From Candidatus Flemingiibacterium merdigallinarum (GTDB taxonomy: Bacteria > Bacillota > Clostridia > Oscillospirales > CAG-272), in NCBI GenBank assembly GCA_904386005.1, contig CAJFKR010000004.1, positions 28,514 through 92,513 on the forward strand: 64,000 nucleotides of DNA, read 5' to 3'. The position numbers and the translations under genes were made by a program. The notes beneath the pieces are model-generated. The model worked only from the letters and a program-made list of their open reading frames with translations, was not told where the DNA came from and did no database searches. Of the stretch, positions 38,653-48,150 are shown one piece after another (position 1 is the stretch's first letter; the number at the start of each line of letters is the position of its first letter).

Positions 38653-39060
38653 ATGGAAAGTACGCAAAACAACGGCTATCTCATCGTCAACGTCGTGACC
38701 GCGCGCGGCGCGATACCTGTGGCGGGAGCTAAGGTAACGGTATACGACAACACATCCGACGCGAATCCGCCGGTCGCTGTCATCTACACCGACTCCGCCG
38801 GCAAATCCGAGAAGCTGGAGCTTCCGGCGCCGTCAAGGTCGCTGAGCGAGCAGCCGGGGAATGTCAAGCCTTACGCGACCTATCTCATTGAGGTTGACAA
38901 GGAGGGATACTATCCGGTCACGAAAAACGACGTGCCGATATTCACCGGCGTTACGTCGATACAGCCGGTCGACCTGATGCCGCTCGCCGAATACGACTCA
39001 GACAGCGTCTACCCGCGTTACGGACTTGTGACCGACGAATACGAGAATCCCGAGCTGTGA
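38653..39060 (+). CDS. Stand-alone SleC pro-domain-like protein (carboxypeptidase-regulatory-like fold)
   Basis: GYLIVNV...IPVAGAKVTVY...TDSAG...LPAP...QP...KPYATY...GY resembles the N-terminal pro-region of clostridial SleC as I recall it. Confidence 0.7.
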   Translation: MESTQNNGYLIVNVVTARGAIPVAGAKVTVYDNTSDANPPVAVIYTDSAGKSEKLELPAPSRSLSEQPGNVKPYATYLIEVDKEGYYPVTKNDVPIFTGVTSIQPVDLMPLAEYDSDSVYPRYGLVTDEYENPEL

Positions 39061-39070
39061 GGAGGTATAT

Positions 39071-40465
39071 ATGCCCGAACTTCCATATATTCCCGAATAC
39101 ATCACAGTACATCTCGGTCCTCCCGACTCGCCGGCGCAGAATGTGACAGTTCCGTTCAACGAATACATCAAGAACGTCGCGTCGAGTGAAATCTACCCGA
39201 CCTGGCCCGAGAGCGCGATCCGAGCCAACATCTACGCGCAGATATCATTCGCGCTCAATCGCATCTACACCGAATACTACCGCAGCCGCGGATACGATTT
39301 TGACATAACGAACTCGACCGCGTACGACCAGTCGTTTGTGAACGGCCGCGACATCTTCGAAAATATCAGCCGGATTGTCGACGAGATTTTCACCGACTAC
39401 ATAAGCCGTCAAGGCACGGTCGAGCCGCTGTTCGCGCAGTACTGCGACGGCACGAATGTGATCTGCGACGGACTTTCGCAGTGGGGCACGGTCGAGCTTG
39501 CGAACCAGGGACTGACACCGTACGAGATACTGACCTACTATTATGGAAACGATATAAATATCAACCGCGACACGCCGATTCGTCCGATCGAGGGGAGCGC
39601 GCCGCTGCGTCCGCTTCGCCCGGGCGACGCGGGAGAGGATGTGCGAACCGTGCAGCTAAGGCTGAACCGAATTTCACAAAACTATCCGTCGATACCGAAG
39701 ATATATCCGGTCGACGGAGTTTACACATATGAAATGCTGAACGCGGTGCAAGAGTTCCAACGCATATTCGACCTGACGCCCGACGGCATTATCGGCAACG
39801 CGACTTGGTACAAGATATTGCAGATATACAATGCCGTCAAGCGGCTGAACGAGCTCGATTCGGAGGGTCTCGAGCTGTCGGAGGTCGAGAAGGTATTTCC
39901 CGAGGAGCTGTCGCGCGGCGACACCGGAGTTTATGTCAAGGTCGCGCAGTACTATCTCGCGGTCATCGCGCAGAATCTTGATACAGTGCCGGAAATTGAC
40001 ATTGACGGAATCTTCGGTCCGAGAACCGAGGCGGCGGTCAAGGCGTTCCAAAGGGACTACGGCCTGCCCGAGACCGGAATAATCGACGAGCGCACATGGA
40101 ACGATATGTATAATGTCTACCGCGGAATTGTCGAGTCGACGCCCGAATACTACACGGGAGTACCGGTCGCGCCCTATCCCGGGTTTGTATTGTCGATAGG
40201 TATGCGCGGCAACGAGGTGCGGCTTTTGCAGGAATATCTCTCGAAGCTGTCCGAGGTATACCCCGAGATACCGCAGATCGCGGTTGACGGCGTATTCGGT
40301 CCGGCGACCCGCAGCGCGGTCATGGCCGCGCAGCAGCTGTTCGGTTTGCCGGTGACCGGAATCGTGTTCGCGCTCACATGGGACGCGATAACCAGCGCGT
40401 ATCAGGACGTCATATCGGGCGAGACTGCCGCCGAGGGGCAATACGCGGGCTATACGCTCGGCTGA
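39071..40465 (+). CDS. sleC: Spore cortex-lytic enzyme, SleC-like (SpoIID/LytB-type catalytic domain plus 3 PG-binding domains)
   Basis: PEYITVHLG, YIKNVASSEIYPTWP, ISFALNRIYTE, AQYCDG, SQWG; repeated DGIFG...AVKAFQ PG_binding_1 units; SD GAGGAGG. Confidence 0.85.
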   Translation: MPELPYIPEYITVHLGPPDSPAQNVTVPFNEYIKNVASSEIYPTWPESAIRANIYAQISFALNRIYTEYYRSRGYDFDITNSTAYDQSFVNGRDIFENISRIVDEIFTDYISRQGTVEPLFAQYCDGTNVICDGLSQWGTVELANQGLTPYEILTYYYGNDININRDTPIRPIEGSAPLRPLRPGDAGEDVRTVQLRLNRISQNYPSIPKIYPVDGVYTYEMLNAVQEFQRIFDLTPDGIIGNATWYKILQIYNAVKRLNELDSEGLELSEVEKVFPEELSRGDTGVYVKVAQYYLAVIAQNLDTVPEIDIDGIFGPRTEAAVKAFQRDYGLPETGIIDERTWNDMYNVYRGIVESTPEYYTGVPVAPYPGFVLSIGMRGNEVRLLQEYLSKLSEVYPEIPQIAVDGVFGPATRSAVMAAQQLFGLPVTGIVFALTWDAITSAYQDVISGETAAEGQYAGYTLG

Positions 40466-40538
40466 CTCCCGCCGCCGCGATATTCCGAGCAGTCACAGTT
40501 AAAGAGCACAACGACCGAACACGAAAGGATGACCGCGA

Positions 40539-41063
40539 ATGATAAACATAACCGGAAACGAGCCGATCTACGAGGCGCAAAGATTTCTGCGCGCGCTGCA
40601 CTTCGACACCGGCGGCGCGATACCGCTGGTGTCGCCCGACGGGATATACGGCAGCCGCACGCGCGAAGCCGTGAATGAATTCCAACGGCTGTATGGTCTG
40701 CCTGTGACGGGAATGATCGACTATGACACTTGGACCGCGCTCTACCGCGCCTACGTCGACTCGCTGACCCGAAGCGAGCTTCCGCTGCCGCTCGATCTGT
40801 TCCCGACCGCGCGAGGTTATACAATCGCGCCAGGCGAGAAATCGGACATTGCGTATATAGTCCAGTTCATACTCCGCGCGCTCGCCGACAGCTACGCCGA
40901 CATAGACGGAGCCGACCCCACCGGAGTCTATGACGACGCTACGCGGAATGACATAAGACGCTTCCAGCGATACTATCGGCTGCCAGAGACCGGACTCACC
41001 GACCGGATCACCTGGAACCGTCTGACCGAGGCTTACATAAAGAATTCGTATCAGTATCAATAG
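40539..41063 (+). CDS. Peptidoglycan-binding domain protein (2 x PG_binding_1)
   Basis: DGIYGSRTREAVNEFQ...TW and TGVYD...FQ...TW. Confidence 0.85.
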   Translation: MINITGNEPIYEAQRFLRALHFDTGGAIPLVSPDGIYGSRTREAVNEFQRLYGLPVTGMIDYDTWTALYRAYVDSLTRSELPLPLDLFPTARGYTIAPGEKSDIAYIVQFILRALADSYADIDGADPTGVYDDATRNDIRRFQRYYRLPETGLTDRITWNRLTEAYIKNSYQYQ

Positions 41064-41096
41064 AATGAGTCTCCGGCAAAGCCGGAGACTCATTCT
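41062..41096. terminator. Bidirectional terminator
   Basis: AGAATGAGTCTCCGGC-AAA-GCCGGAGACTCATTCT perfect 16-bp stem between convergent genes. Confidence 0.8.
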
Positions 41097-41140
41097 TGCG
41101 GGAATTATACTGCGCGCCTGATTAGACCACGGCGTGCCGA

Positions 41141-44100
41141 TTATTTTTCGCCTTCATCGGCGATATAGCGAATCCCGAACGGCTCGTATTCGCTCTTCTC
41201 GATTATTTCGTAGCCGAGCCATTTGCCGTCGGTTGTCAGCGTGTAGGTGATTTTGTGCGACCTTATCAGCGCGTTGCATTCAGCCCAGAACTGAACCGTG
41301 ACCATGACCTCGTCGCCGTCGCGGTCGGCTGACACAACTTCCCAGCAGCTCTGATCGCCGTACTCACCCGACTGAATATATGTGATGCCGTCGCGCTCGT
41401 AGGTAAATGCGTCGACCCCGAGCGCGTCATAGTCGGTGCAGCCGAATTTTTCGGCGGCGAGCCGCTTGTATTCGTCGAGCGTCAGTCTAATGCCTCTTCC
41501 GTAGTAGTTGCACAGATAGTTGTGCATACCCGGGTAGGTTGTGCCCTCGCCGTAGGTCGGGCAGTTCCAGATAAACGTGCTCCAGATGAAGGTCTCGACC
41601 ATATCGACCGCTTCGGAAAGCGCCGGATCGTTTTCCCAGTCATGTGTTTCTTCGACCGGTTCGAAGTCATTCATCCAGCAGCAGGCGCCGTCAACCACCT
41701 GCTTGGAGTAGCTGCCGGGCGGCAGTGTATCGAGCCCCGACTCGCTGACCGTGAAGTCAAAAGTCATGTATAAATCCTCGCGCGTGTCGGTGAAGGTGAG
41801 CGCAAAATCAGGAATTATTACGCTGTTGTATTCGGGAAAAGAAACGCTTTTTCCGGACAGCAGATCATAGAAGAACTGGTAAGCGGTTTCGCTTATCAGC
41901 CCGCGGTCATACGCCGACTTTATCTCGGCTAGCGAGGTCGCGGTATGGGTCGAGCCATCGGACGGCGGGTAACCGTCGGGGTAAGAATACGAGAGCCGGA
42001 CAGCGTAGATTTCGCCGCGGGGAGACGCGAGGTAGTCCTCGCGCCAAGCGGCGAGTCCGGCGTCATAATCGATATCCGGGTTGTCGACAAAGCTTGTGTC
42101 GCCGATGTCGCCGAGCATGAGAACGTCGAGCTTTATTCCTTCGACGACTGTATACAGGTGCGCGCCGCCGTTCATGAATTCATAATCGCAGCTGTACCAC
42201 TCGATGCCCGAGCCGCAGTCGGAAATGTCGCTGCCGATAGTCAGACCGAACACGCTGTCGACTCCGGGATAATCAGCGTTTATCATGACCTCATTCGGGA
42301 TGTAATTGTCGTCAGGCGGCGTGTCCATGTCGAGTCCGTGAAAGACGAGCAGCACTCCCGGGAATCCCGCGATCGAATATACCGGCTGCCCGGGTCCGTG
42401 CTCCGAATACTCGAGCTTGAGCCCGCCGTACCGTCCGCGTATCTCCCCGACCGTAGCCGACAGAAGGTCGATGAGCTTCTGCTCTATTGTCGTCGGATAA
42501 TCGTCGTCGCCGGCAATCGCGAGCCGCAGTTGTATAATTTTACCGAGCGGCTGCTTGCGGTATTCCTCGCCCCAGCCGGACAGCCAGAGACCGTATACAT
42601 CGCCGTTTCCGATGTCGGGCGGAGACGCGCCAGAATCGGTCATTTTCGCGGTGAGCCTGACGCCGTCGACGACGGTTGACACGTTCGCGATTCCGGTGGT
42701 GAATGTAAAGCCGGTGTGATACCATTCGTACAGATCATAGTCGTCGATCTCTGTGCCGAGCTTCAGCCCGTACAGGCTGTCGATGCTCGCATTGTCAGTG
42801 CCGATATCCGAGTTGTCAATGTCGATCATCACCTCGTCGGGATATCTGTCGTCGTCGGGCGGTGTGTCCATATCAAGGCTGTGAAATACTATCAGCGCGC
42901 CGGGAAATCCCGAGATCGAATATACCGGCTGTCCGGGTCCGTTCTCCGAATACTCGAGCGTGAGCTCGCCGTACCTTTCGCGTATCTCGGCGACTGTCAT
43001 ATACAAAAGCTCGGTCAGGCTTTTGTCATAATCGCTGGCTGGATCGGACGAGTCGGCGTTCGAGGTATCGGCTTGATTCTGATTTTCTGAAATTGTCGTT
43101 GTATCCGAATACGCCTGGTCGGTCTCGCAGGCAAACGATGCTCCCGCGATCAGACAGACTGCCAGTGCCGCGGTCATGACCGCAAGCCCTCGCTTTTTTG
43201 CTGTGTTATCCATAATATTGATAAACCTTTCCTTTACCGCTGTACGGCGCGGATTGAAATGGGTCGTCAGTGTCGACGGCATATCGCCGCAGCCGCGGAT
43301 GATTTCGAGCAGTACTCGCCCGTATGAGCCGCGCGCTTCGTTGTCAAGACCGGCGAGCAGCTCCTCGTCACAGGCGAGCTCTATCGTCTGTGACGACTGC
43401 CTTGACGCGAAATGCACTATCGGATTAAACCAGTGCAGCGAGCAGGCGACAACGCCTATGAGCTTGATCCAAAGGTCATGCCGCTTGTAGTGTATCAGCT
43501 CGTGACCGAGTATTCCGACCGCGGAGTTGTCGCTTATATCGAGCACCGGCAGTAATATTTTCGGCTTGACGAAGCCGCAGAGCATAGGACTGTGTATGCA
43601 GCCGCACACATACAGCTCGGGAGGACGGCGTATGCCGAAGCGCTCGCACAGCCGCAGATAGAGCGTCTGCCGCTCGCTTTCGACCGGATAACATCCGCGC
43701 GACAGCTTTTTCTGCATGACGACGCAGCCGATAAGCTCATACGACAGGCAGCCGACCGCTCCGGCCGCCCAGCCGACAAAAATTATACTGCAGATCAATG
43801 TAAAAGCGTCCGGCGAAATCAGTATATCGCGCGGCGTATCGCTGTCAGCTCTGCTGTCAGCTCTGCTGTCAGCAGCTAGGTCGGCTTTGCCGCCGGAGGT
43901 GCCGACGCTGTTCGGCTGGGAGCTTGTGTCTTGCGGCGGGGCGGTCGGCAGGCTGACAATACCCGAAATCGAGCTGTCCGAGACTGCCGGCTCGACCGCG
44001 GATATGTCAGACTCGGAGTCCGTATCTGCCGTATGCGGAATTTGGAACGTCACGATCGACGGCAGCAGCTCGAACGGCAGGCAGAGACAGACTATCACCG

Positions 44101-44230
44101 CAGCCCAGACGAACCTGCGGCAGCTCTGCGAATATCTTTGTCTTGACAGGCGTAGAAAAAGATATATCAGTAATATCGCCGCCGACAGGACGGCGGACTT
44201 TAGAAAATAGGACAATATGAATTCGGTCAT
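41141..44230 (-). CDS. BlaR1/MecR1-type M56 metallopeptidase signal transducer with a large non-PBP extracellular region
   Basis: SPMLCGFVKPKILLP, GHELIHYKRHD, HWFNP, ELACDE, KERF; C-terminal duplicated ~170-aa domain. Confidence 0.9.
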   Translation of the reverse strand: MTEFILSYFLKSAVLSAAILLIYLFLRLSRQRYSQSCRRFVWAAVIVCLCLPFELLPSIVTFQIPHTADTDSESDISAVEPAVSDSSISGIVSLPTAPPQDTSSQPNSVGTSGGKADLAADSRADSRADSDTPRDILISPDAFTLICSIIFVGWAAGAVGCLSYELIGCVVMQKKLSRGCYPVESERQTLYLRLCERFGIRRPPELYVCGCIHSPMLCGFVKPKILLPVLDISDNSAVGILGHELIHYKRHDLWIKLIGVVACSLHWFNPIVHFASRQSSQTIELACDEELLAGLDNEARGSYGRVLLEIIRGCGDMPSTLTTHFNPRRTAVKERFINIMDNTAKKRGLAVMTAALAVCLIAGASFACETDQAYSDTTTISENQNQADTSNADSSDPASDYDKSLTELLYMTVAEIRERYGELTLEYSENGPGQPVYSISGFPGALIVFHSLDMDTPPDDDRYPDEVMIDIDNSDIGTDNASIDSLYGLKLGTEIDDYDLYEWYHTGFTFTTGIANVSTVVDGVRLTAKMTDSGASPPDIGNGDVYGLWLSGWGEEYRKQPLGKIIQLRLAIAGDDDYPTTIEQKLIDLLSATVGEIRGRYGGLKLEYSEHGPGQPVYSIAGFPGVLLVFHGLDMDTPPDDNYIPNEVMINADYPGVDSVFGLTIGSDISDCGSGIEWYSCDYEFMNGGAHLYTVVEGIKLDVLMLGDIGDTSFVDNPDIDYDAGLAAWREDYLASPRGEIYAVRLSYSYPDGYPPSDGSTHTATSLAEIKSAYDRGLISETAYQFFYDLLSGKSVSFPEYNSVIIPDFALTFTDTREDLYMTFDFTVSESGLDTLPPGSYSKQVVDGACCWMNDFEPVEETHDWENDPALSEAVDMVETFIWSTFIWNCPTYGEGTTYPGMHNYLCNYYGRGIRLTLDEYKRLAAEKFGCTDYDALGVDAFTYERDGITYIQSGEYGDQSCWEVVSADRDGDEVMVTVQFWAECNALIRSHKITYTLTTDGKWLGYEIIEKSEYEPFGIRYIADEGEK

Positions 44231-44344
44231 ATTAAATCACCTCGGAACAGTGGACAGGGAAAGGGTTATCGAGCTGTGTATACGCACTAGCATATATGCT
44301 TTTGCATAACACACTTGCGTATACATTATAATCATAATCGCGGC

Positions 44345-44725
44345 TTACTTTCCGCGGCGGATTATCTCCTCGAGCTCGGCGATGTCGTCGTCCGAGATTT
44401 TGCCGGTGTCGACGAGGTTCGCGATCAGATTCTGCCAGCGTCCCGAAAACAGCTTCGAAATGAATCCGTCCGACGCGCTGCCGCAGTACTCATCGCGCGT
44501 GACGAGCGGCGACACGAGCTTATATGGCACCGGCGCGTCGACATTCTCGATTTTGACGTATCCTTTTTCACACAGTCGGTCGACGAGGATATGCACCGCC
44601 GCCTTGCTGCATTTGCGGCGGCTTTGCATAGCGCGGTGTATATCGGCTATAGTCGACGGGCAGTCAAGCTCCCACAGCGCGAGCATGACGTCGAGCTCCG
44701 AGTCGGGCAATTCTTTTCTTTTCAT
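44345..44725 (-). CDS. BlaI/MecI/CopY-family repressor
   Basis: LPDSELDVMLALW...RLCEKGYV...ISDDDIAELEEII; adjacent to the M56 gene. Confidence 0.9.
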   Translation of the reverse strand: MKRKELPDSELDVMLALWELDCPSTIADIHRAMQSRRKCSKAAVHILVDRLCEKGYVKIENVDAPVPYKLVSPLVTRDEYCGSASDGFISKLFSGRWQNLIANLVDTGKISDDDIAELEEIIRRGK

Positions 44726-44842
44726 TGTACTTTGCTCCCTTATGAATTTCCACGCGAAGGTCTGAAAATGGATTCTGACTATGCTGGCTTCCGATAGCGT
44801 GGATTGAAACATGATATCAACTTATGTATATAACAATAAACA

Positions 44843-44880
44843 ACTGTATACAGTATAGCACAAAAATTCCCAACTGTCAA
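44843..44880 (-). promoter_or_regulatory. Promoter of blaI-M56 with overlapping palindromic operator
   Basis: TTGACA (44880-44875), 17 nt, TATACT (44857-44852) with extended TG; palindrome ACTGTATACAGT at 44843-44854. Confidence 0.65.
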
Positions 44881-45240
44881 TAGGTCGGACTGAATTGTCA
44901 GAAATTTCTGCGTCGGTTGTGATAAGATAAACTTGAATTCGATAGTAATTCTCATTATTAAATAAATCAACAAGCGTATCGCGGTGACAAACCAAAATAT
45001 CCACGAACCGGCGTTATTCTTCGCGTTCTCCCCAGATAAATAGAATAAAAATGAGTGTGAAGTCCCGCGATGACCGCGCATAACGCGGAGGCGAAAAATT
45101 TTTTTGCGATTTTCACAATAACTATTGCAAAATCCGCGAATATGATTTATAATATAGTCATGTACTACGAAAACAGGTCGGGCGGTCGTCCGGCGTGGCT
45201 TCGTTTGCATACTTTACATATACACGGAGGATAACTCAAA

Positions 45241-46404
45241 ATGGCTGATGAAGTATTGAGCCAATTTCAGCAGGCTGCCGCTGAAAAGGAAATCGACGCC
45301 ACAAAGAAGCTGAAGGTTGGTATCATTGGTACAGGTTGGATCGCAGAATCCCACATTCAGCAGTATAACGTAATGCCTGACGTTGAGGTTGTAGCTATGG
45401 CTGACCTCATCCCCGGCAAGGCAGAGGCTTTCAAGGAAAAGTGGGGCGTCAAGGGCGACGTTCACTTCTATCCCGATCACAAGTCGATGATCGACAACGA
45501 GGAGCTTGACGCGGTCAGCGTCTGCACCTACAACGCAACTCACGCGGAGTGCACAATCTACGCTCTTGAGCATGGTATCAACGTCCTGCTTGAAAAGCCG
45601 ATGTGCGTAACTCTCGACGAAGCAGCTGAAATCGTAAAGGCAGAGAAGAAGAGCGGAAAGATTCTTTCCATCGGCTTCCAGCCGAGATACGACGCCAATA
45701 TGCAGATGATCAAGAAGATCGTTGAGTCGGGCACTCTCGGCGAGATCTACTACATCCAGACCGGCGGCGGACGCCGTCGCGGCATTCCGAACTCGACCTT
45801 CATCGAGAAGAGAACCGCCGGAATCGGCGCGCTCGGCGATATCGGCTGCTACTCGCTCGATATGGTGCTGAACGCTATCGGCTATCCGACTCCGAAGACC
45901 ATCTCGGCTTACAAGTCGAACTTCTTCGGCACGAGCACCGAATATCAGTCCGAATACGACGCTAAGCGCTTCGACGTCGACGACTTCGCAGCCGCTTTCA
46001 TTCGCCTTGAGCCGGGCAAGTACGGCGACAAGGACGGCATAATCCTCGACTTCAGAATCGCTTGGGCTATGCACGTCGACACCCCTGGTGACACGATAAT
46101 CTTCGGTAAGAAGGCAGCTCTGCGCATTCCGTCCACCGACTGCTGGAACGGCTCGGTCGGCGGTCCGATGAAGATTTACCACGACATCGCGGGCGCAAGA
46201 GTCGAGACTGTTGTTCCGATCATTCAGAACAAGGGTCAGGGTCTGTTCTACAAGAAGGTTCGCTCCTTCCTCGACGCTATCAAGACCGGCGGCACCTCGC
46301 CCGTTCCGTCCAGCCAGATCATCAAGAATCAGGCTATCCTCGACGGTATCGTAAGATCGGCAGAGGCAGGCAAGGAAGTCGACATCGTTATGCCTGAGGT
46401 CTGA
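45241..46404 (+). CDS. Gfo/Idh/MocA oxidoreductase
   Basis: IIGTGWIA, LLEKPM, GALGDIGCY; strong codon bias; GGAGG SD. Confidence 0.92.
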   Translation: MADEVLSQFQQAAAEKEIDATKKLKVGIIGTGWIAESHIQQYNVMPDVEVVAMADLIPGKAEAFKEKWGVKGDVHFYPDHKSMIDNEELDAVSVCTYNATHAECTIYALEHGINVLLEKPMCVTLDEAAEIVKAEKKSGKILSIGFQPRYDANMQMIKKIVESGTLGEIYYIQTGGGRRRGIPNSTFIEKRTAGIGALGDIGCYSLDMVLNAIGYPTPKTISAYKSNFFGTSTEYQSEYDAKRFDVDDFAAAFIRLEPGKYGDKDGIILDFRIAWAMHVDTPGDTIIFGKKAALRIPSTDCWNGSVGGPMKIYHDIAGARVETVVPIIQNKGQGLFYKKVRSFLDAIKTGGTSPVPSSQIIKNQAILDGIVRSAEAGKEVDIVMPEV

Positions 46405-46463
46405 GCATACGGCTCGACATACTGAGCATACGACTCGACATTGAGCGTACAGCTTGATTTTGA
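46401..46463 (+). repeat. 19-21-bp tandem repeat starting at the stop codon
   Basis: TGAGCATACGGCTCGACATAC TGAGCATACGACTCGACAT TGAGCGTACAGCTTGATTT TGA. Confidence 0.8.
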
Positions 46464-46470
46464 TTTATCG

Positions 46471-46503
46471 AACAATTCCCTGCTTTGCGGGGAATTGTTT
46501 TTT
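46471..46503 (+). terminator. Intrinsic terminator
   Basis: AACAATTCCCTGC-TTT-GCGGGGAATTGTT plus T-run. Confidence 0.8.
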
Positions 46504-46673
46504 GCTCGCGTCAATTAGCACAAAACGAATCGGCGGTAATTGGTCACCTCGCATATTTACAGCCGCGGATCGATGTGATATAATCATATATGAAATGATG
46601 TGACAAAGTCACAAATATGAAATTATGTGATATAGGCACATATTATTTATACTGATTGCGTGAGGTGAATTGA

Positions 46674-47285
46674 TTGGAAAATGTAAAGCCCGAAAAGCTG
46701 CTCACAGCCTGCGCGGCACTTGGCTTTGTACTGCTCGTGCTGCTTGTCGGCGTCAATGTCATGGCACGGAGGGCGGCGCGCGCCTTTGACGAGACGGTCG
46801 AAGCCGAGAGAAGCGAGTATATGGTCTCCGGGATTTTCGGCGACTTTGTTTATAACGGGGATGAGCTGACCGAATATTACGGCGACGGCGGCGACATCGT
46901 CTTTGACGAGAGCATCTACGGCTTGACGGCGGATGACATCACGATATGCACCGGAGCGTTCAACCAGTACCGGCTGAACGAATATGGCATCGAGCCCGAG
47001 ACTGTCTATCTCGGAAACGCGGTCACACGAATCGAGGATCGCGCGTTCTACGCGACGACCGCCGAGGAGATACGCCTGCCCGCCGGACTCACGTATATCG
47101 GCGCGGAGGCGTTCGCCGACTCGCCGAATTTGAAGCGGGTATACTTCGACTGGCCGACGACGGGTGACCTGATGATTCACTCGGACGCGTTCAAGGGATC
47201 AGTGAATGTTGAATTGGTGAATTTTCCGGACGGGATTGTATTTGACGAGAACATGGTCATATTCGGGGGAGGTGACATCGGATGA
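46674..47285 (+). CDS. Membrane-anchored leucine-rich-repeat (LRR_5/BspA-type) protein
   Basis: N-terminal TM; VTRIEDRAF, LPAGLTYIGAEAF, IHSDAF repeats; GAGGTG SD. Confidence 0.82.
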   Translation: MENVKPEKLLTACAALGFVLLVLLVGVNVMARRAARAFDETVEAERSEYMVSGIFGDFVYNGDELTEYYGDGGDIVFDESIYGLTADDITICTGAFNQYRLNEYGIEPETVYLGNAVTRIEDRAFYATTAEEIRLPAGLTYIGAEAFADSPNLKRVYFDWPTTGDLMIHSDAFKGSVNVELVNFPDGIVFDENMVIFGGGDIG

Positions 47286-47854
47286 AGCCGGACAGAATCG
47301 CGATTTTGGCAATAGTGAATCTCGCGCTGGCTGTTATGCTGCTTGTCGCGGGAATATTTACCTACAACAGTATTGACCGGCTGTGCGGCATCGCCGAATA
47401 CGACCTTTACGATATAACCGACTATTCGTACATAGTACCGACCGAAGCCGAGGGCTTGATGGTCACAAATTACCTCTCATACGGCGGCGACCTCGAGATT
47501 CGCTATGGCGCGACCGCTATCGGCGCGGGGGTGTTCAACGGCGTGCGCCTATTAAATCAGGCGAATCCGCAGGTAATTGACAGCATTTATCTGTCCGACG
47601 GCGTAAAAGTCATTGAGAGCAGTGCGTTTTTCGGCACGCAGGCCAAGTGGGTGCGGCTGCCGAGCGACGTCACGTATATCGGAGACCTCGCGTTTGCCGA
47701 AGCGTATTCGCTCGAGCGGGTCTATTTCGACGAGGTTCCCGACCACCACATCGAGATTTCGCCGACGGCGTTCGCCTATCTCGAGGGAGTCGAGTTTGTG
47801 AATTTTCCGGATTACATTGTGTTCGGCGAGGACAATTTAGTCAGTTATAAATAG
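47282..47854 (+). CDS. Membrane-anchored LRR_5 protein (paralog of the preceding gene)
   Basis: TAIGAGVF, VKVIESSAF, LPSDVTYIGDLAF; shared C-terminus RVYFD...VNFPD.IVF. Confidence 0.82.
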   Translation: MKPDRIAILAIVNLALAVMLLVAGIFTYNSIDRLCGIAEYDLYDITDYSYIVPTEAEGLMVTNYLSYGGDLEIRYGATAIGAGVFNGVRLLNQANPQVIDSIYLSDGVKVIESSAFFGTQAKWVRLPSDVTYIGDLAFAEAYSLERVYFDEVPDHHIEISPTAFAYLEGVEFVNFPDYIVFGEDNLVSYK

Positions 47855-47864
47855 GAGGCTGAAA

Positions 47865-48077
47865 GTGGGTTCTATTTCAAGCATACTGAGAATAATTATC
47901 ATGGAGCTGATACTGCTTGCGGTATTTTTGGTTTGCGGTGCTTTTGTCATGATAATTCTTGACAATATGTTCGCAATCAAGATGGAAAACACGGTCGGAC
48001 GGGGAGTCATAATAGGCTTCATTTCATGGATTGTGTTTTCGGTGATTCTGTGGATTTATGTGATTCGGTCAAAATAA
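47865..48077 (+). CDS. Small two-TM membrane protein
   Basis: AGGAGG SD, two hydrophobic helices, followed by terminator hairpins. Confidence 0.65.
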   Translation: MGSISSILRIIIMELILLAVFLVCGAFVMIILDNMFAIKMENTVGRGVIIGFISWIVFSVILWIYVIRSK

Positions 48078-48085
48078 GCATCAGA

Positions 48086-48150
48086 GCGCATAAAGGCGTG
48101 TGTTTCCTGCCTTTATGCGCACATAACCGCCGGCGAAGCCGGCGGTTATG
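48086..48150. terminator. Tandem hairpins / bidirectional terminator
   Basis: GCGCATAAAGGC/GCCTTTATGCGC and CATAACCGCCGGC-GAA-GCCGGCGGTTATG. Confidence 0.7.
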
